In this document: positions 41,396 through 51,257 of the stretch, in pieces
Layout of the letters: every line of letters begins with the position of its first letter
Position numbering within the stretch: position 1 is the stretch's first letter
Assembly (NCBI GenBank): GCA_963663405.2
Contig: CAXXSM010000092.1
Coordinates: 64,001-128,000, forward strand
Direction of reading: 5' to 3'
DNA length: 64,000 nucleotides
Origin: a bacterium
GTDB taxonomy: Bacteria > Hinthialibacterota > Hinthialibacteria > Hinthialibacterales > Hinthialibacteraceae
The notes under the pieces: model-generated
Told to the model about the DNA's origin: nothing
Seen by the model: only the letters and a program-made list of their open reading frames with translations
Databases searched by the model: none
Program-made: the position numbers and the translations under genes

Positions 41396-42499
41396 TCACG
41401 AAAGTTTTTTATAGATTTTAAGAACGTCTCGCGCCATAGTCTCTTGGCAAAACAACTGCGCCGCTCGCGTTCGCGCCGCGTTTCCATATTGAATTCGCAG
41501 TGTTTTATCCGCGAGCAGTTGATTCAGCGCATCCGCCAGCTGTTTCTGATTGTTTGGGGGAACAACCAAACCCGTCTCTTTATGTAGATTTACATACGAT
41601 GTGCCCGTTCCCAGTTCCGTCGAGACAAGAGGCCGCCCGCAGGAAGCCGCTTCCGCCAATACTAATCCAAACGCTTCTGAACGGTAGATCGAGGGAAGAC
41701 AAAACACATCCGACGCAAAATAGTAAGGCCGTACTGATTCGACCTGTCCGAGAAAGATCACCCGGTCCGTCAGGCGCAGACGATTTGCAAATTCCATCAG
41801 ATTTGCTAATAATGGCCCATCCCCGACGATTAACAATTTTCCTTCCACCTGTTTCATTGCTTCGATTAATACATGCAATCCCTTGTAATAGCGCAGGATT
41901 CCGACGAATAGCACTAACCGGTCTCCATACCTTCGCCGGATCACCTGCGCTTGTTCGCCGATTTCAGGATTAAAAGTATACCGGTTTAAGGGGATACCTA
42001 GCGGGACCACATCACATTTATTTTGATACGGCCGTAAAACATCGGATGTTTGGAGATAGTTGGGTGAGGTGACGATAATCCGGTCCGCTTGGTTCAAAAA
42101 CGCTTTCCGGAACGGATCGTAGAAAGCGAGCCATCTCTTTTGCCGGATGATGTCGCTGTGATAATGAACGACGATCTTTCCGCGAGGCCGAACCAATAGA
42201 TGGGACAGCACCGCTGTTGGATTGGGCAGGTGATAGTGAAGAATATCCGCCTTTAATTTTTTGAGCCAATAGGGAAAATAGGGAGACATCGGCGCGGATA
42301 AAAACCGCCCCCACTCTCCCGCCTTGTACACGGTGGTTCCTTCCACCTCGGCGATTTCTGATTTCCGCTTGCGGCTGCAAATTAAAACTGAAACGTCCTC
42401 GCATTCATCGCGGATTCCTTCAATAATCCGATTGATCGCGATTTCGATCCCCCCGCAGATGGGTGGATAATAATCTTTATAAACATGTAAAATCCGCAC
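41396..42499 (-). CDS. Glycosyltransferase family 4
   Basis: GTG start at RILHVYKDYYP; YYKGL, SEAFGLVLAEA; the longer ORF in the track runs through repeat DNA. Confidence 0.92.
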   Translation of the reverse strand: MRILHVYKDYYPPICGGIEIAINRIIEGIRDECEDVSVLICSRKRKSEIAEVEGTTVYKAGEWGRFLSAPMSPYFPYWLKKLKADILHYHLPNPTAVLSHLLVRPRGKIVVHYHSDIIRQKRWLAFYDPFRKAFLNQADRIIVTSPNYLQTSDVLRPYQNKCDVVPLGIPLNRYTFNPEIGEQAQVIRRRYGDRLVLFVGILRYYKGLHVLIEAMKQVEGKLLIVGDGPLLANLMEFANRLRLTDRVIFLGQVESVRPYYFASDVFCLPSIYRSEAFGLVLAEAASCGRPLVSTELGTGTSYVNLHKETGLVVPPNNQKQLADALNQLLADKTLRIQYGNAARTRAAQLFCQETMARDVLKIYKKLS

Positions 42500-42542
42500 T
42501 ATAACAGGCCTTGAAAAGCATTCAGTGTGGGTTGGAATAAAA

Positions 42543-42700
42543 GATTGTCTGAACCATGATTTAAAATCAGGAAAATCAAGAGAATCATGTAAACCATCAT
42601 GATCGAGATCACAACTGCAAATGAAAATGAATTGCGATAGAAATCGCGAACGAGCTAGTCTCGGAAATTCATTTTCATATAAATCAAGGTTCGGACAATC
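42543..42700. repeat. Family B-related palindrome interrupted by a family A element
   Basis: GATTGTCTGAACCATGATTT (42543) and AAATCAAGGTTCGGACAATC (42681) are 18/20 reverse complements. Confidence 0.7.
42590..42681 (-). repeat. Family A element, copy 4
   Basis: Reverse complement of the consensus, TA at both ends, compensatory stem change. Confidence 0.85.
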
Positions 42701-42800
42701 ACATTCCGGCAATCACCCAAGAGTAGATAAAAAAACCGGAACCACTTCTACAAAATACTAGCCAAATATATTCGCAATTAAAGTTGCTGTAAATTCTTTT

Positions 42801-42893
42801 TATATGAAAATGAGTTCCTAAAGCAGTCTCGTTCGAATTCGCTCCCACAACTCATTTTCATTTGCAGTTGTAATCTTAAATCATGCTGGTCTA
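42801..42893 (+). repeat. Family A element, copy 5
   Basis: TATATGAAAATGAGTT...AACTCATTTTCATTTGCAGTTGTAATC...CATGCTGGTCTA. Confidence 0.85.
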
Positions 42894-43068
42894 TATGTGA
42901 GCAGCCCTTACAATGTCCCGGCTTTCCATGATAAGTCCACATAGGTAAATCTACCCCGATTCACTTGACAATCGCAACGCCCCATCAATACTTTCAAAAC
43001 AGATGAATAGTGGGACATACAGTGAATCCAGTAGTATATAAATCTGTTCCCCATAAGGATAGTAACTC

Positions 43069-45432
43069 ATGAAGGAAGCGATCCCTCTCGATACGTATTC
43101 CAACCCAGACACGTTATTAAAGACGCTTCGGAAGAATGGCCTTTCGCTGACGCCGGACGAAGCGAGAAAAATCTGCGAACGCATCGGACGCGCGCCGACC
43201 TGGGCGGAACTTTTCGTCTTCGATATTGAATGGAGCGAACATTGCTCCTACAAAAGCAGCAAAGCCCTGTTGAAAACCTACCTTCCCACATCGGGAAGCG
43301 CCGTCATCCAAGGGCCGGAGGAAGACGCGGGGATCGTGTTCTTTACAGAACATGAAGGGCGCCGTTATGGGATCGTGATCGCGCACGAAAGCCACAACCA
43401 CCCTTCACAAGTCCTTCCATTTGAAGGCGCCGCCACGGGTATTGGGGGCATTGTCCGCGATGTGGATTGCATGGGCGCGTCTGTGATCGCTGTCGCTGAT
43501 CCACTGCGCTTTGGTAATCCAAATGGACAATACGCGGATCGGACGAAATCCATCGTAAGCGGTGTCATCGAGGGAATCTGGAGTTACGGCAACGCGCTTG
43601 GAGTGCCGAACCTGGGCGGCGATGTGGTGTATCATGAAGGATACGACGACAACTGTCTGGTGAACGTTGTCGCGATGGGAATTCTTCCCGAAGAGGACAT
43701 CATCCACAGCCGTATCCCCGAAGACGGCGTTGGTTACGATCTAATTTTAACCGGCAAACCGACGGATCGATCCGGATTCGGGGGCGCGTCGTTCGCTTCC
43801 GGCACATTGGACCAGGAAGACGAAGAAGAGAACAAAGGCGCCGTCCAAATTCCCGATCCCTTCTTGAAGAATATTTTACTTCACTATAAAGCCACCCACG
43901 CGGTCCGCCGTCTCGCCAAAGAACGGGGAATCACGATTGGGATGAAAGACCTGGGAGCGGGAGGGATCGCATGCGTCTCTTCGGAAATGGGAGCCAGCGC
44001 CGGTTTGGGTGTCGAACTCAATCTCGATAAAGTTCATATCGCTGAAAAAGATCTGCCTCCGGAAATTATTCTCTGCGCCGAAACGCAGGAACGCTATCTC
44101 CTGGCGGTTCCCCCCGAATTCACACCAGACGTTCTCCGGATCTACAATGAAGATTGGGAACTCCCAGCGATCTGTTCAGGAGCGGGAGCGTTTGTCGTTG
44201 GTAAAGCGATTGATGAACCCGCCATGCGCGCCAGTTACCGTGGAGAAACCGTCGTCGATCTTCCCATTGATTTTGTTGTTGAAGGCATTCGATACGACCG
44301 CGAATCCGCTGCCCCGCAAGTTAAATTCACCGAACCGAAATTCCCAGTTCCCTCCGATTTGCAAGAAGTGTTTCTCGATCTTCTCGCTCATCCGAATATC
44401 GCGTCGAAAGAGGATATCTATCGCCATTACGATACCGAAGTGCAAGGCAGGGCGGTTATTCGTTCAGGTGAAGCCGACGCTGGATTGATGCTGCCTCTGC
44501 CCGATTGTCCGGCGGGAGTCACGCTTTCAGTGGATGGCAATCCATTCTATGGAGAGATTTCCCCCTTCTGGGGAGGCGCCGCCGCCGTCGCGGAAGCGAT
44601 GCGAAACACAGCCGCTACGGGAGCCACCCCGAAAGCGCTCACGGATTGTCTCAATTACGGCAATCCCGAAGTGCCCGAAGATTTCTGGGCGCTGGAAGAG
44701 GGGATCAAAGGCATTTCCGAAGCGGCCAAGAATCTATACGATCCCCGGCGCGAAGCCGAACCGGTTCCCTTTGTTTCCGGCAACGTGTCTCTCTACAATC
44801 AATCCACCAGCGGACGGTCGGTTCCTCCATCCACCATTATCGCCTGTATCGGCGTGATCGATGACGCATCAAAAGCGGTGACGCAGGAGATCAAAGAACC
44901 GGGCAATCATCTCGTCCTGATCGGCTCCCGCTATAATGAACTTGGCGGCTCTCAATATTACCAGACGCTTGGAAAAGGAAAGAGCGCGAATGTCCCCATT
45001 GTGCGCTATGAAAACGAGCGTGGAATCATCTATGGCACAATCGAAGCGATTGACCAAGGCCTTGTCCGGTCCGCCCACGATATCTCCAATGGTGGATTGC
45101 TGACATCGGCGGCGGAAATGCTTCTCACGAATCACCCCCGCCATCGCGCCGGTTTGGAATTGCGTCTGAATACGCTCGAATCCGATTTACGAATCGACAC
45201 GCTGCTCTTTTCCGAATCAAGCGGGATGCTTCTTGAAGTGGCGCCAGACAACCTAGAATCGCTGCGGACGGTCTATCAACAATTCTCTATGGATATTTAT
45301 ATAATCGGCAAGACAACAGACAACAATCAACTGCGTGTGTATAATCAAGAAGACGCGCTTCTCTTCGAACTGCCCATAGACACAATGCGGAAACGATGGA
45401 GAGGCGATTTCGGCTTAACCCTGGCCTCGTAA
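43069..45432 (+). CDS. purL: Phosphoribosylformylglycinamidine synthase subunit PurL
   Basis: WSEHCSYKSS, ESHNHPS, GAATGIGGIVRD, DLGAGG, DCLNYGNP, SGNVSLYN. Confidence 0.97.
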   Translation: MKEAIPLDTYSNPDTLLKTLRKNGLSLTPDEARKICERIGRAPTWAELFVFDIEWSEHCSYKSSKALLKTYLPTSGSAVIQGPEEDAGIVFFTEHEGRRYGIVIAHESHNHPSQVLPFEGAATGIGGIVRDVDCMGASVIAVADPLRFGNPNGQYADRTKSIVSGVIEGIWSYGNALGVPNLGGDVVYHEGYDDNCLVNVVAMGILPEEDIIHSRIPEDGVGYDLILTGKPTDRSGFGGASFASGTLDQEDEEENKGAVQIPDPFLKNILLHYKATHAVRRLAKERGITIGMKDLGAGGIACVSSEMGASAGLGVELNLDKVHIAEKDLPPEIILCAETQERYLLAVPPEFTPDVLRIYNEDWELPAICSGAGAFVVGKAIDEPAMRASYRGETVVDLPIDFVVEGIRYDRESAAPQVKFTEPKFPVPSDLQEVFLDLLAHPNIASKEDIYRHYDTEVQGRAVIRSGEADAGLMLPLPDCPAGVTLSVDGNPFYGEISPFWGGAAAVAEAMRNTAATGATPKALTDCLNYGNPEVPEDFWALEEGIKGISEAAKNLYDPRREAEPVPFVSGNVSLYNQSTSGRSVPPSTIIACIGVIDDASKAVTQEIKEPGNHLVLIGSRYNELGGSQYYQTLGKGKSANVPIVRYENERGIIYGTIEAIDQGLVRSAHDISNGGLLTSAAEMLLTNHPRHRAGLELRLNTLESDLRIDTLLFSESSGMLLEVAPDNLESLRTVYQQFSMDIYIIGKTTDNNQLRVYNQEDALLFELPIDTMRKRWRGDFGLTLAS

Positions 45433-45476
45433 TCGATAGTAACAACTCAGCAAATATAGCGATTAGATATTGAATT

Positions 45477-45704
45477 ACTGATGTTACGCAACTTCATTGA
45501 TTGAGATTTTTTTGTCTGAATCAGGATGGCCAGGACAACCAGGATATTCAGGATAGGTATTATCAGAGTGATATTGATCATCGAATAGTAAAATTCATAC
45601 TCAAAGTTTTTTATCCTGGTTATCCTTTTCATCTTGGGTATCCAGATTCAGACAAAAGCGGATTCAGAGAAGAACTTCAATCTATTGGTTTGCGTAACAT
45701 CAGT
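45477..45704. mobile_element. Family B MITE-like element with 15-bp terminal inverted repeats, copy 2
   Basis: ACTGATGTTACGCAA / TTGCGTAACATCAGT perfect IR; inner TTGTCTGAATCAGGAT...ATCCAGATTCAGACAA. Confidence 0.7.
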
Positions 45705-45760
45705 GAATTAGTATAAACAAAACATTCAGAGGGCTGTACAATTATTAAAGAGGAACGGTC

Positions 45761-46795
45761 ATGACTGAACCCATTCGAATAGGAATCGTCGGAGCCGGAG
45801 CCATCGTGCGCGACCGGCATGTTCCCAACCTGCGCAAAATCGATGGCGTCGAACTTGTTTCCGTCTGCAACCAAAGCCGCGAATCATCCGAACGCGCCGC
45901 CAAGGAATTCGGAATCCCGAAAGTCTACGATTCATGGTGGGAACTCGTTCACGCGGATGATATCGATGTGGTCTGGATCGGAACATGGCCATACATGCAC
46001 AAACCGGTCACGCTCGAAGCGTTCAACACGGGCAAACACGTCTTCTGCCAAGCCCGCATGACGATGAACCTCAGCGACGCGAAAGAAATGCTGGACGCTT
46101 CAAAAAAGACAGACCGCGTATCCATGCTCTGCCCCCCACCGATGGGTATGAAGGGTGACCGGTTGATGAAGAAATTGATTCATGAAGACGGCGTTCTGGG
46201 CGTACTCTACACAATCCACTTCCAAGCGTTATCCGCCGGACTCATCGATCCCGAAACGCCCCTCCATTGGCGGCAAAGAGAAGAACTATCCGGCGTGAAT
46301 GCGCTCACAGTCGGCATATACGCCGAGATCATCCACCGCTGGTTCGGCTACACTAAATCCATCACCGCCGAAGCGAAAACCTTCATCCCCGAACGCCCCA
46401 CGCAGGAAGGCCCGCGAAAACCAGTCATCCGCCCCGATGTGGTATTCTGCCTCTGCGAAATGGAAAACGGAGCCCTAATGCGCTGCGAATGGAGCGGCCT
46501 CGCCCGCCCCACTTCAGGAGACCAGATCGAAGCCTACGGAAGCAAAGCCGCCCTCCGCTATAATTTCACAACCGATGAAATCCACCTCTCTAAAGAAGGC
46601 GCCCCCTGGCAAAAACAAGAAATCCCCACCGACCTCGCTAAAGAATGGACCGTTGAACAAGACTTCATCGATTCCATCCGGACAGGGAAAGAAATCCATC
46701 CGGATTTCTATGATGGGGTGAAGTATATGGAATTTACGGAGGGGGTATTTAGGGCTGTTGAGGGGGGGAGGCGGGTGGAATTGCCTTTGGATTGA
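45761..46795 (+). CDS. Gfo/Idh/MocA family oxidoreductase
   Basis: IGIVGAG, GKHVFCQARM variant of the EKP motif. Confidence 0.9.
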   Translation: MTEPIRIGIVGAGAIVRDRHVPNLRKIDGVELVSVCNQSRESSERAAKEFGIPKVYDSWWELVHADDIDVVWIGTWPYMHKPVTLEAFNTGKHVFCQARMTMNLSDAKEMLDASKKTDRVSMLCPPPMGMKGDRLMKKLIHEDGVLGVLYTIHFQALSAGLIDPETPLHWRQREELSGVNALTVGIYAEIIHRWFGYTKSITAEAKTFIPERPTQEGPRKPVIRPDVVFCLCEMENGALMRCEWSGLARPTSGDQIEAYGSKAALRYNFTTDEIHLSKEGAPWQKQEIPTDLAKEWTVEQDFIDSIRTGKEIHPDFYDGVKYMEFTEGVFRAVEGGRRVELPLD

Positions 46796-46956
46796 TTGTC
46801 TATGGACTACGCCAGGAAACACAAGAGTCGTAAATCTTCAATTCCAATTCGTATTGCTTAAGTACTTAATTTGTCTTTCAGCTTTTGTCAGGCGTCAAGC
46901 GCGACTGGATGCTGTTGTTTGCATGACCTAGTTAAATGCGGCGTTGGCTTAGTCAA

Positions 46957-47637
46957 TCACTTTTCATCTTCATTGGTGCGTAAACCTTCAGTCCACTCAC
47001 AGAATGCTCTTACACCTAACGTGTATAGAATCACAACGACCGCTGCAATGACTGGCGCGCCTACTATACCGAGTATGGGAATGGTTTGAACTAGATAGGC
47101 GCCTAGCGCCAGTCCCCCACTTCCGACAACCATTTCCGGTGTAATAGTTGGAATAGTTTTATCCCCTTTCGCTTGCTCAATCGCGCTTTCGACCTTCTTT
47201 CGGATCTCAGGATTACCGCAGATATATTTTCGTAGGATGCGCGCGAAGTATCCAAAGAATCCCGTTTCACATTGGGCGTTTTCAGCCAATTCATAAACGG
47301 AAAAGCTATTGAAATAATTTGAATCAACAGTTAGTTCTTGCCGTATCTGCGCCAGTGTTTGATATTGCCAAGTCTCTTTCTTTTCAGGGATCTCGAACTG
47401 CTCACGAGATTCAAGATTCCATCCACGATATGCGCCAGTGTGTTCCGAGGGTGTAGAGAATGATTCCAGTGTGGCAAAAGGTTGCTTCATCATTACCCCT
47501 ACTAGCCGACCAAGACGCTCAGCGCATCGCTGTGGATTACTGTCACTCGCGATATCCTGTAATGATTCACGGTACTCATCCTGAGCTAACGAGCTAAGCT
47601 CGGAAAAACCCTTCAGAAGTGTTTGATCATCCATCAT
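46957..47637 (-). CDS. Hypothetical protein with hydrophobic C-terminal segments
   Basis: 226-aa ORF with AAGGAG RBS. Confidence 0.7.
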   Translation of the reverse strand: MMDDQTLLKGFSELSSLAQDEYRESLQDIASDSNPQRCAERLGRLVGVMMKQPFATLESFSTPSEHTGAYRGWNLESREQFEIPEKKETWQYQTLAQIRQELTVDSNYFNSFSVYELAENAQCETGFFGYFARILRKYICGNPEIRKKVESAIEQAKGDKTIPTITPEMVVGSGGLALGAYLVQTIPILGIVGAPVIAAVVVILYTLGVRAFCEWTEGLRTNEDEK

Positions 47638-48035
47638 TTAAACTCCTTTTTAAGCGCCTGGCATTCATAAAAAACTTTCAAGGCCAATCGGCGAATTAAT
47701 CTCTCAACTTACTTTCATGTAGAACCGATCAACGACGAGGATTGCTTAACTTGAAAGATTTTGTAGTAACTTTAGTTTCAAATATTTTGTGTTAGGATTG
47801 ATCCACCAAGCATGTGGCATTTTAATGTAAATAACCACTGTGTCAAGAACATTTTTTTGGATTATTCGAATTTATTATTTATTAATTTTAAGGAATGTTT
47901 TGATATACAATAAATGAAGCATCACACCTTGAACCATATAAAGCGAATCCTTCCTCTGTAAAACCGGTGACATTGGACGCATATCCAGTTGCCTTCGCCT
48001 ATCAGCTGGCTTTCCCAACGATCTCTTCAAGTCGC

Positions 48036-48887
48036 CTATTCTTCGGTTCGAAGAATTCTATACTTATCGGCTAGTTTCTGGGCGCGTGTTTTATTGTAAT
48101 CGTAATGATACAGCGCCTTTTCAAAGTTTCCGTAGAGAGGATTTGGGATGAGAATCCACTTCGAACCCCAGCGCGATTGATGCGCGAGCGTTTTTTTAAT
48201 TCGTTCCGCTGGAGATACTTTGCCTAGATAAGCGAAGTCATTGTAATCATCGCCCACGAGTAATAGGATTCTATGCGTTTTGGCGATCTCCATTCTGCGG
48301 GACGTCTTGTCTGATCCCCAATCATCTTGCTCATTCTTACACAGTACATCCCCGGCGGTTATTTTCCGATCAATCACCATTTGAAGATTCTTTACAGTAG
48401 GCGCTTCCAGTTCCCGGTTGGTGACATAGAACACCCGAACGCCAAGATCCCGAATCTTGGTGATAAATTCCTTTGCGCCGGGCACTGGCATGGCCTTCTT
48501 TTTATTTACCCATACTTTCCACTCTTCGGGTTTGAATTCAATATTCTTTTTTACGAGACCAGCCTGGAAAGGAGAGTTGTCAAGAATCGTCTCGTCAACA
48601 TCAACGATGATTGCGGTTGGAAGGTTCTCATATCCCGCCGTCTGCTCAATCGCCGCCGTCCAATTGGGATCCTTCAATCCTTGCTCCACACAAGCGAGCG
48701 CATTGGAAAAGGCCTGATGGCAGGCAAACCGGTACTCGGCTGATGTCTGTACCCAGTTGACTCCATTGAGCAGTTCATGGGTTTTCTCGCAATCACGTAC
48801 CTGAGCGGTTCCTTGCGTGTTATTATGTATTGACACGCATCCCCCAAGAAAGATAAACAGTATGAAAATACTTGCTCGCACCTTCAT
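48036..48887 (-). CDS. Class C acid phosphatase / 5'-nucleotidase lipoprotein, e(P4)-like (HAD)
   Basis: Lipobox LGGC, DVDETILDNS, YVTNR, GDDYNDF, PNPLYG. Confidence 0.9.
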   Translation of the reverse strand: MKVRASIFILFIFLGGCVSIHNNTQGTAQVRDCEKTHELLNGVNWVQTSAEYRFACHQAFSNALACVEQGLKDPNWTAAIEQTAGYENLPTAIIVDVDETILDNSPFQAGLVKKNIEFKPEEWKVWVNKKKAMPVPGAKEFITKIRDLGVRVFYVTNRELEAPTVKNLQMVIDRKITAGDVLCKNEQDDWGSDKTSRRMEIAKTHRILLLVGDDYNDFAYLGKVSPAERIKKTLAHQSRWGSKWILIPNPLYGNFEKALYHYDYNKTRAQKLADKYRILRTEE

Positions 48888-48952
48888 TTGAACGTTCTCC
48901 TTTCAATCTTCCGCGATGATTACAACACTTATTCAATCAAAACATTTATTTT

Positions 48953-49315
48953 TTATTCTTGATCCCGGTGAACGGTTTCCAGCGAAAAGGCGGGGAGACA
49001 GACGGCGATGTATTCGGTGTCAACGTCAGGTGTGCTGTATTGAATCCATTCATCCGCCTTGGCGATCACGGCTTCTCCCGCATGTATATTTACGATCTCA
49101 GTTTTTGTCTTGACGCGCAAGGTTCCCTGCAGGACAACCGTGTATTCATCGAATTCCGGTTTTTGTCCGGGCTCTTCCCAGCCTTTTGGACTCTTCATGC
49201 GGGCGATACTTAAATCCTGCGTTTTTGAATTCACGCGGCCGATATATTCTTCGATTGTTTTTGGCTTATTGCCCGCGGCTGTGATGATAGTGGGCTTCTC
49301 GATTTTTACAGCCAT
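48953..49315 (-). CDS. Cupin-domain protein
   Basis: IEEYIGRVN, GWEEPGQKPEFDEYTVVLQG. Confidence 0.85.
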   Translation of the reverse strand: MAVKIEKPTIITAAGNKPKTIEEYIGRVNSKTQDLSIARMKSPKGWEEPGQKPEFDEYTVVLQGTLRVKTKTEIVNIHAGEAVIAKADEWIQYSTPDVDTEYIAVCLPAFSLETVHRDQE

Positions 49316-49357
49316 AATCAATTTGATCCTTTTTTTTAATTGTGTAGTCAGTTTAAT

Positions 49358-49620
49358 AACTGATGTTACGCAAATCTACCAATAGAGATTGATTTAAGGA
49401 TTGTTTTTGTCTGAATCAAGATGGCCAAGATTAAAGGATGTTCAGGATTTTTTTCACTTGATTAATGGATTTTGCCATCCGCTGATGGATTCCACTCTGA
49501 TGATTCGTATCCTGAAAATCCTAATCATCCTGGACATCCTGATTCAGACAACGAAAGGTGAATCAATCTATTTTCTCTGTAAATTAGTGGATTATTTGTC
49601 GAATCTGCGCAACATCAGTT
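49358..49620. mobile_element. Family B MITE-like element, copy 3
   Basis: AACTGATGTTACGCA / TGCGCAACATCAGTT (1 mismatch); inner TTGTCTGAATC...GATTCAGACAA. Confidence 0.7.
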
Positions 49621-49740
49621 AAATAATGTTGTTCCAGGACATCGTCAAAGTAAAGTGAAACCGCTTCTCTTTTCCCACTCAAAGTATATAATTTCTTATT
49701 TATCCAAAAATCACCTTATCGGAAGCGAGATTGTTGGTTT

Positions 49741-51156
49741 ATGAATGAATCTATGCGCGCCATTCATTTTTTGAATACGGAATCGAAGCGGAAAGAGGCG
49801 TTTGAGAGTCTTGAACCGGGGCATGTCCGGATTTATACCTGCGGGCCAACGGTGTATGACAACGCGCATATCGGAAATTTCCGGGCGTATGTCTTTGAAG
49901 ACGTGATGCGGCGGTATTTACAATACCGGGGCTACCGGGTTACACAGGTCATGAATCTGACCGATGTGGAAGACAAGATCATCCGCAATGCGCGGGAACA
50001 AGGCGTCTCCATCTCCGAATATACCGCGCCCTATGTGACAGCGTTCTTTGAAGATCTCGATACGCTCAACATCGAACGCGCCGAACTCTACCCCCGCGCC
50101 ACCGAACATATCGGCGAGATGATCGAATTGATCCGCACTCTGAAAGACAAGGGATACACCTACGAGAAAGACGGATCGGTCTATTACAAGATCGCGCAGT
50201 TCCAATCCTACGGACGCCTATCCGGAATCAAAGTAAACGAGGTCCAATCCGGCGCCCGCATCGATGTGGATGAGTATGAAAAAGACGACGCCCGCGATTT
50301 CGTCCTTTGGAAAGCCCGGAAAGAAGGCGAACACTTTTGGGAGACGGAATTCGGCGAAGGGCGCCCGGGCTGGCATATTGAATGCTCCGCAATGGCGATG
50401 AAATACCTCGGCCCGCATTTCGATATCCACTGCGGCGGTGAGGACAATATCTTCCCCCATCACGAAAACGAGATCGCGCAGAGCGAAGCCTGCAGCGGAG
50501 AAACCTACGTCAACTATTGGCTGCATTGCCGCCATCTGCTGGTGGAAGGTGAAAAAATGTCGAAGTCCAAAGGCAATTTCTTCACCCTGCGGGACCTGAT
50601 CGAGAAAGGCCATCACCCGATGGCGATCCGCTATCTCCTCGTCTCGAACCATTACCGCACGCCGCTGAACCTAACGGAAGAAGCGCTCCACGCCGCGCAC
50701 GCCGCCTGGACGCGCATCATGGATTTCCGCCGCCGCATCCAAGAGACGATCGAAGCGGACGCGGGCGCGGAACGTGTGGAACAACTCGATCGAACGCTCC
50801 CCGCTTTCATCGATCTGTTCAATCAGCGCATGGATGACGATCTCGACACCCCCGGCGCGCTGGCCACTCTTTTCGATTTTATCCGGGAAACAAACAAACT
50901 GTTGGATGAATCAAGCCTGCCCGCCGCGCAAGCGAACAAACTGCTCGAAACGATCGAACGGATCGACACGGTCCTAGGAGTGTTAAAAGAAGAAGAAACT
51001 CTCCTCGACGAAGAGATCGACGCCCTCATCCAAGAACGCCAGCAAGCCCGAAAGAACAAAGACTTCGCCAAGGCCGACGCGATTCGCGACCGCCTCGCGG
51101 AGGAAGGGATCATCCTCGAAGACACCCGCGATGGCGTCCGCTGGAAACGGCGCTGA
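49741..51156 (+). CDS. cysS: Cysteine--tRNA ligase
   Basis: CGPTVY, HIGN, GRPGWHIECSAM, FPHHENE, KMSKS. Confidence 0.98.
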   Translation: MNESMRAIHFLNTESKRKEAFESLEPGHVRIYTCGPTVYDNAHIGNFRAYVFEDVMRRYLQYRGYRVTQVMNLTDVEDKIIRNAREQGVSISEYTAPYVTAFFEDLDTLNIERAELYPRATEHIGEMIELIRTLKDKGYTYEKDGSVYYKIAQFQSYGRLSGIKVNEVQSGARIDVDEYEKDDARDFVLWKARKEGEHFWETEFGEGRPGWHIECSAMAMKYLGPHFDIHCGGEDNIFPHHENEIAQSEACSGETYVNYWLHCRHLLVEGEKMSKSKGNFFTLRDLIEKGHHPMAIRYLLVSNHYRTPLNLTEEALHAAHAAWTRIMDFRRRIQETIEADAGAERVEQLDRTLPAFIDLFNQRMDDDLDTPGALATLFDFIRETNKLLDESSLPAAQANKLLETIERIDTVLGVLKEEETLLDEEIDALIQERQQARKNKDFAKADAIRDRLAEEGIILEDTRDGVRWKRR

Positions 51157-51257
51157 ATCGACATCCCTCCAAAAATAATGTTGAAATCCGGCATTTTTTG
51201 TTCTTTAATGACGAAATAATGTACTATTATATTTTGTCATTAGCCGGGTGATGAACA

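Noticed and set aside
42500-42712. N-terminal extension of the GT4 ORF, and similar ORFs at 41051-41332 and 63551-63757
   Set aside because: Translations of family A repeat DNA.
42900-43068. Purine or ZTP riboswitch upstream of purL
   Set aside because: No recognisable consensus motifs.
45447-49622. Short ILxIL or QDxQD ORFs at 45447, 45501 and 49401 (also 23974)
   Set aside because: By-products of the 9-bp periodic family B palindromes.
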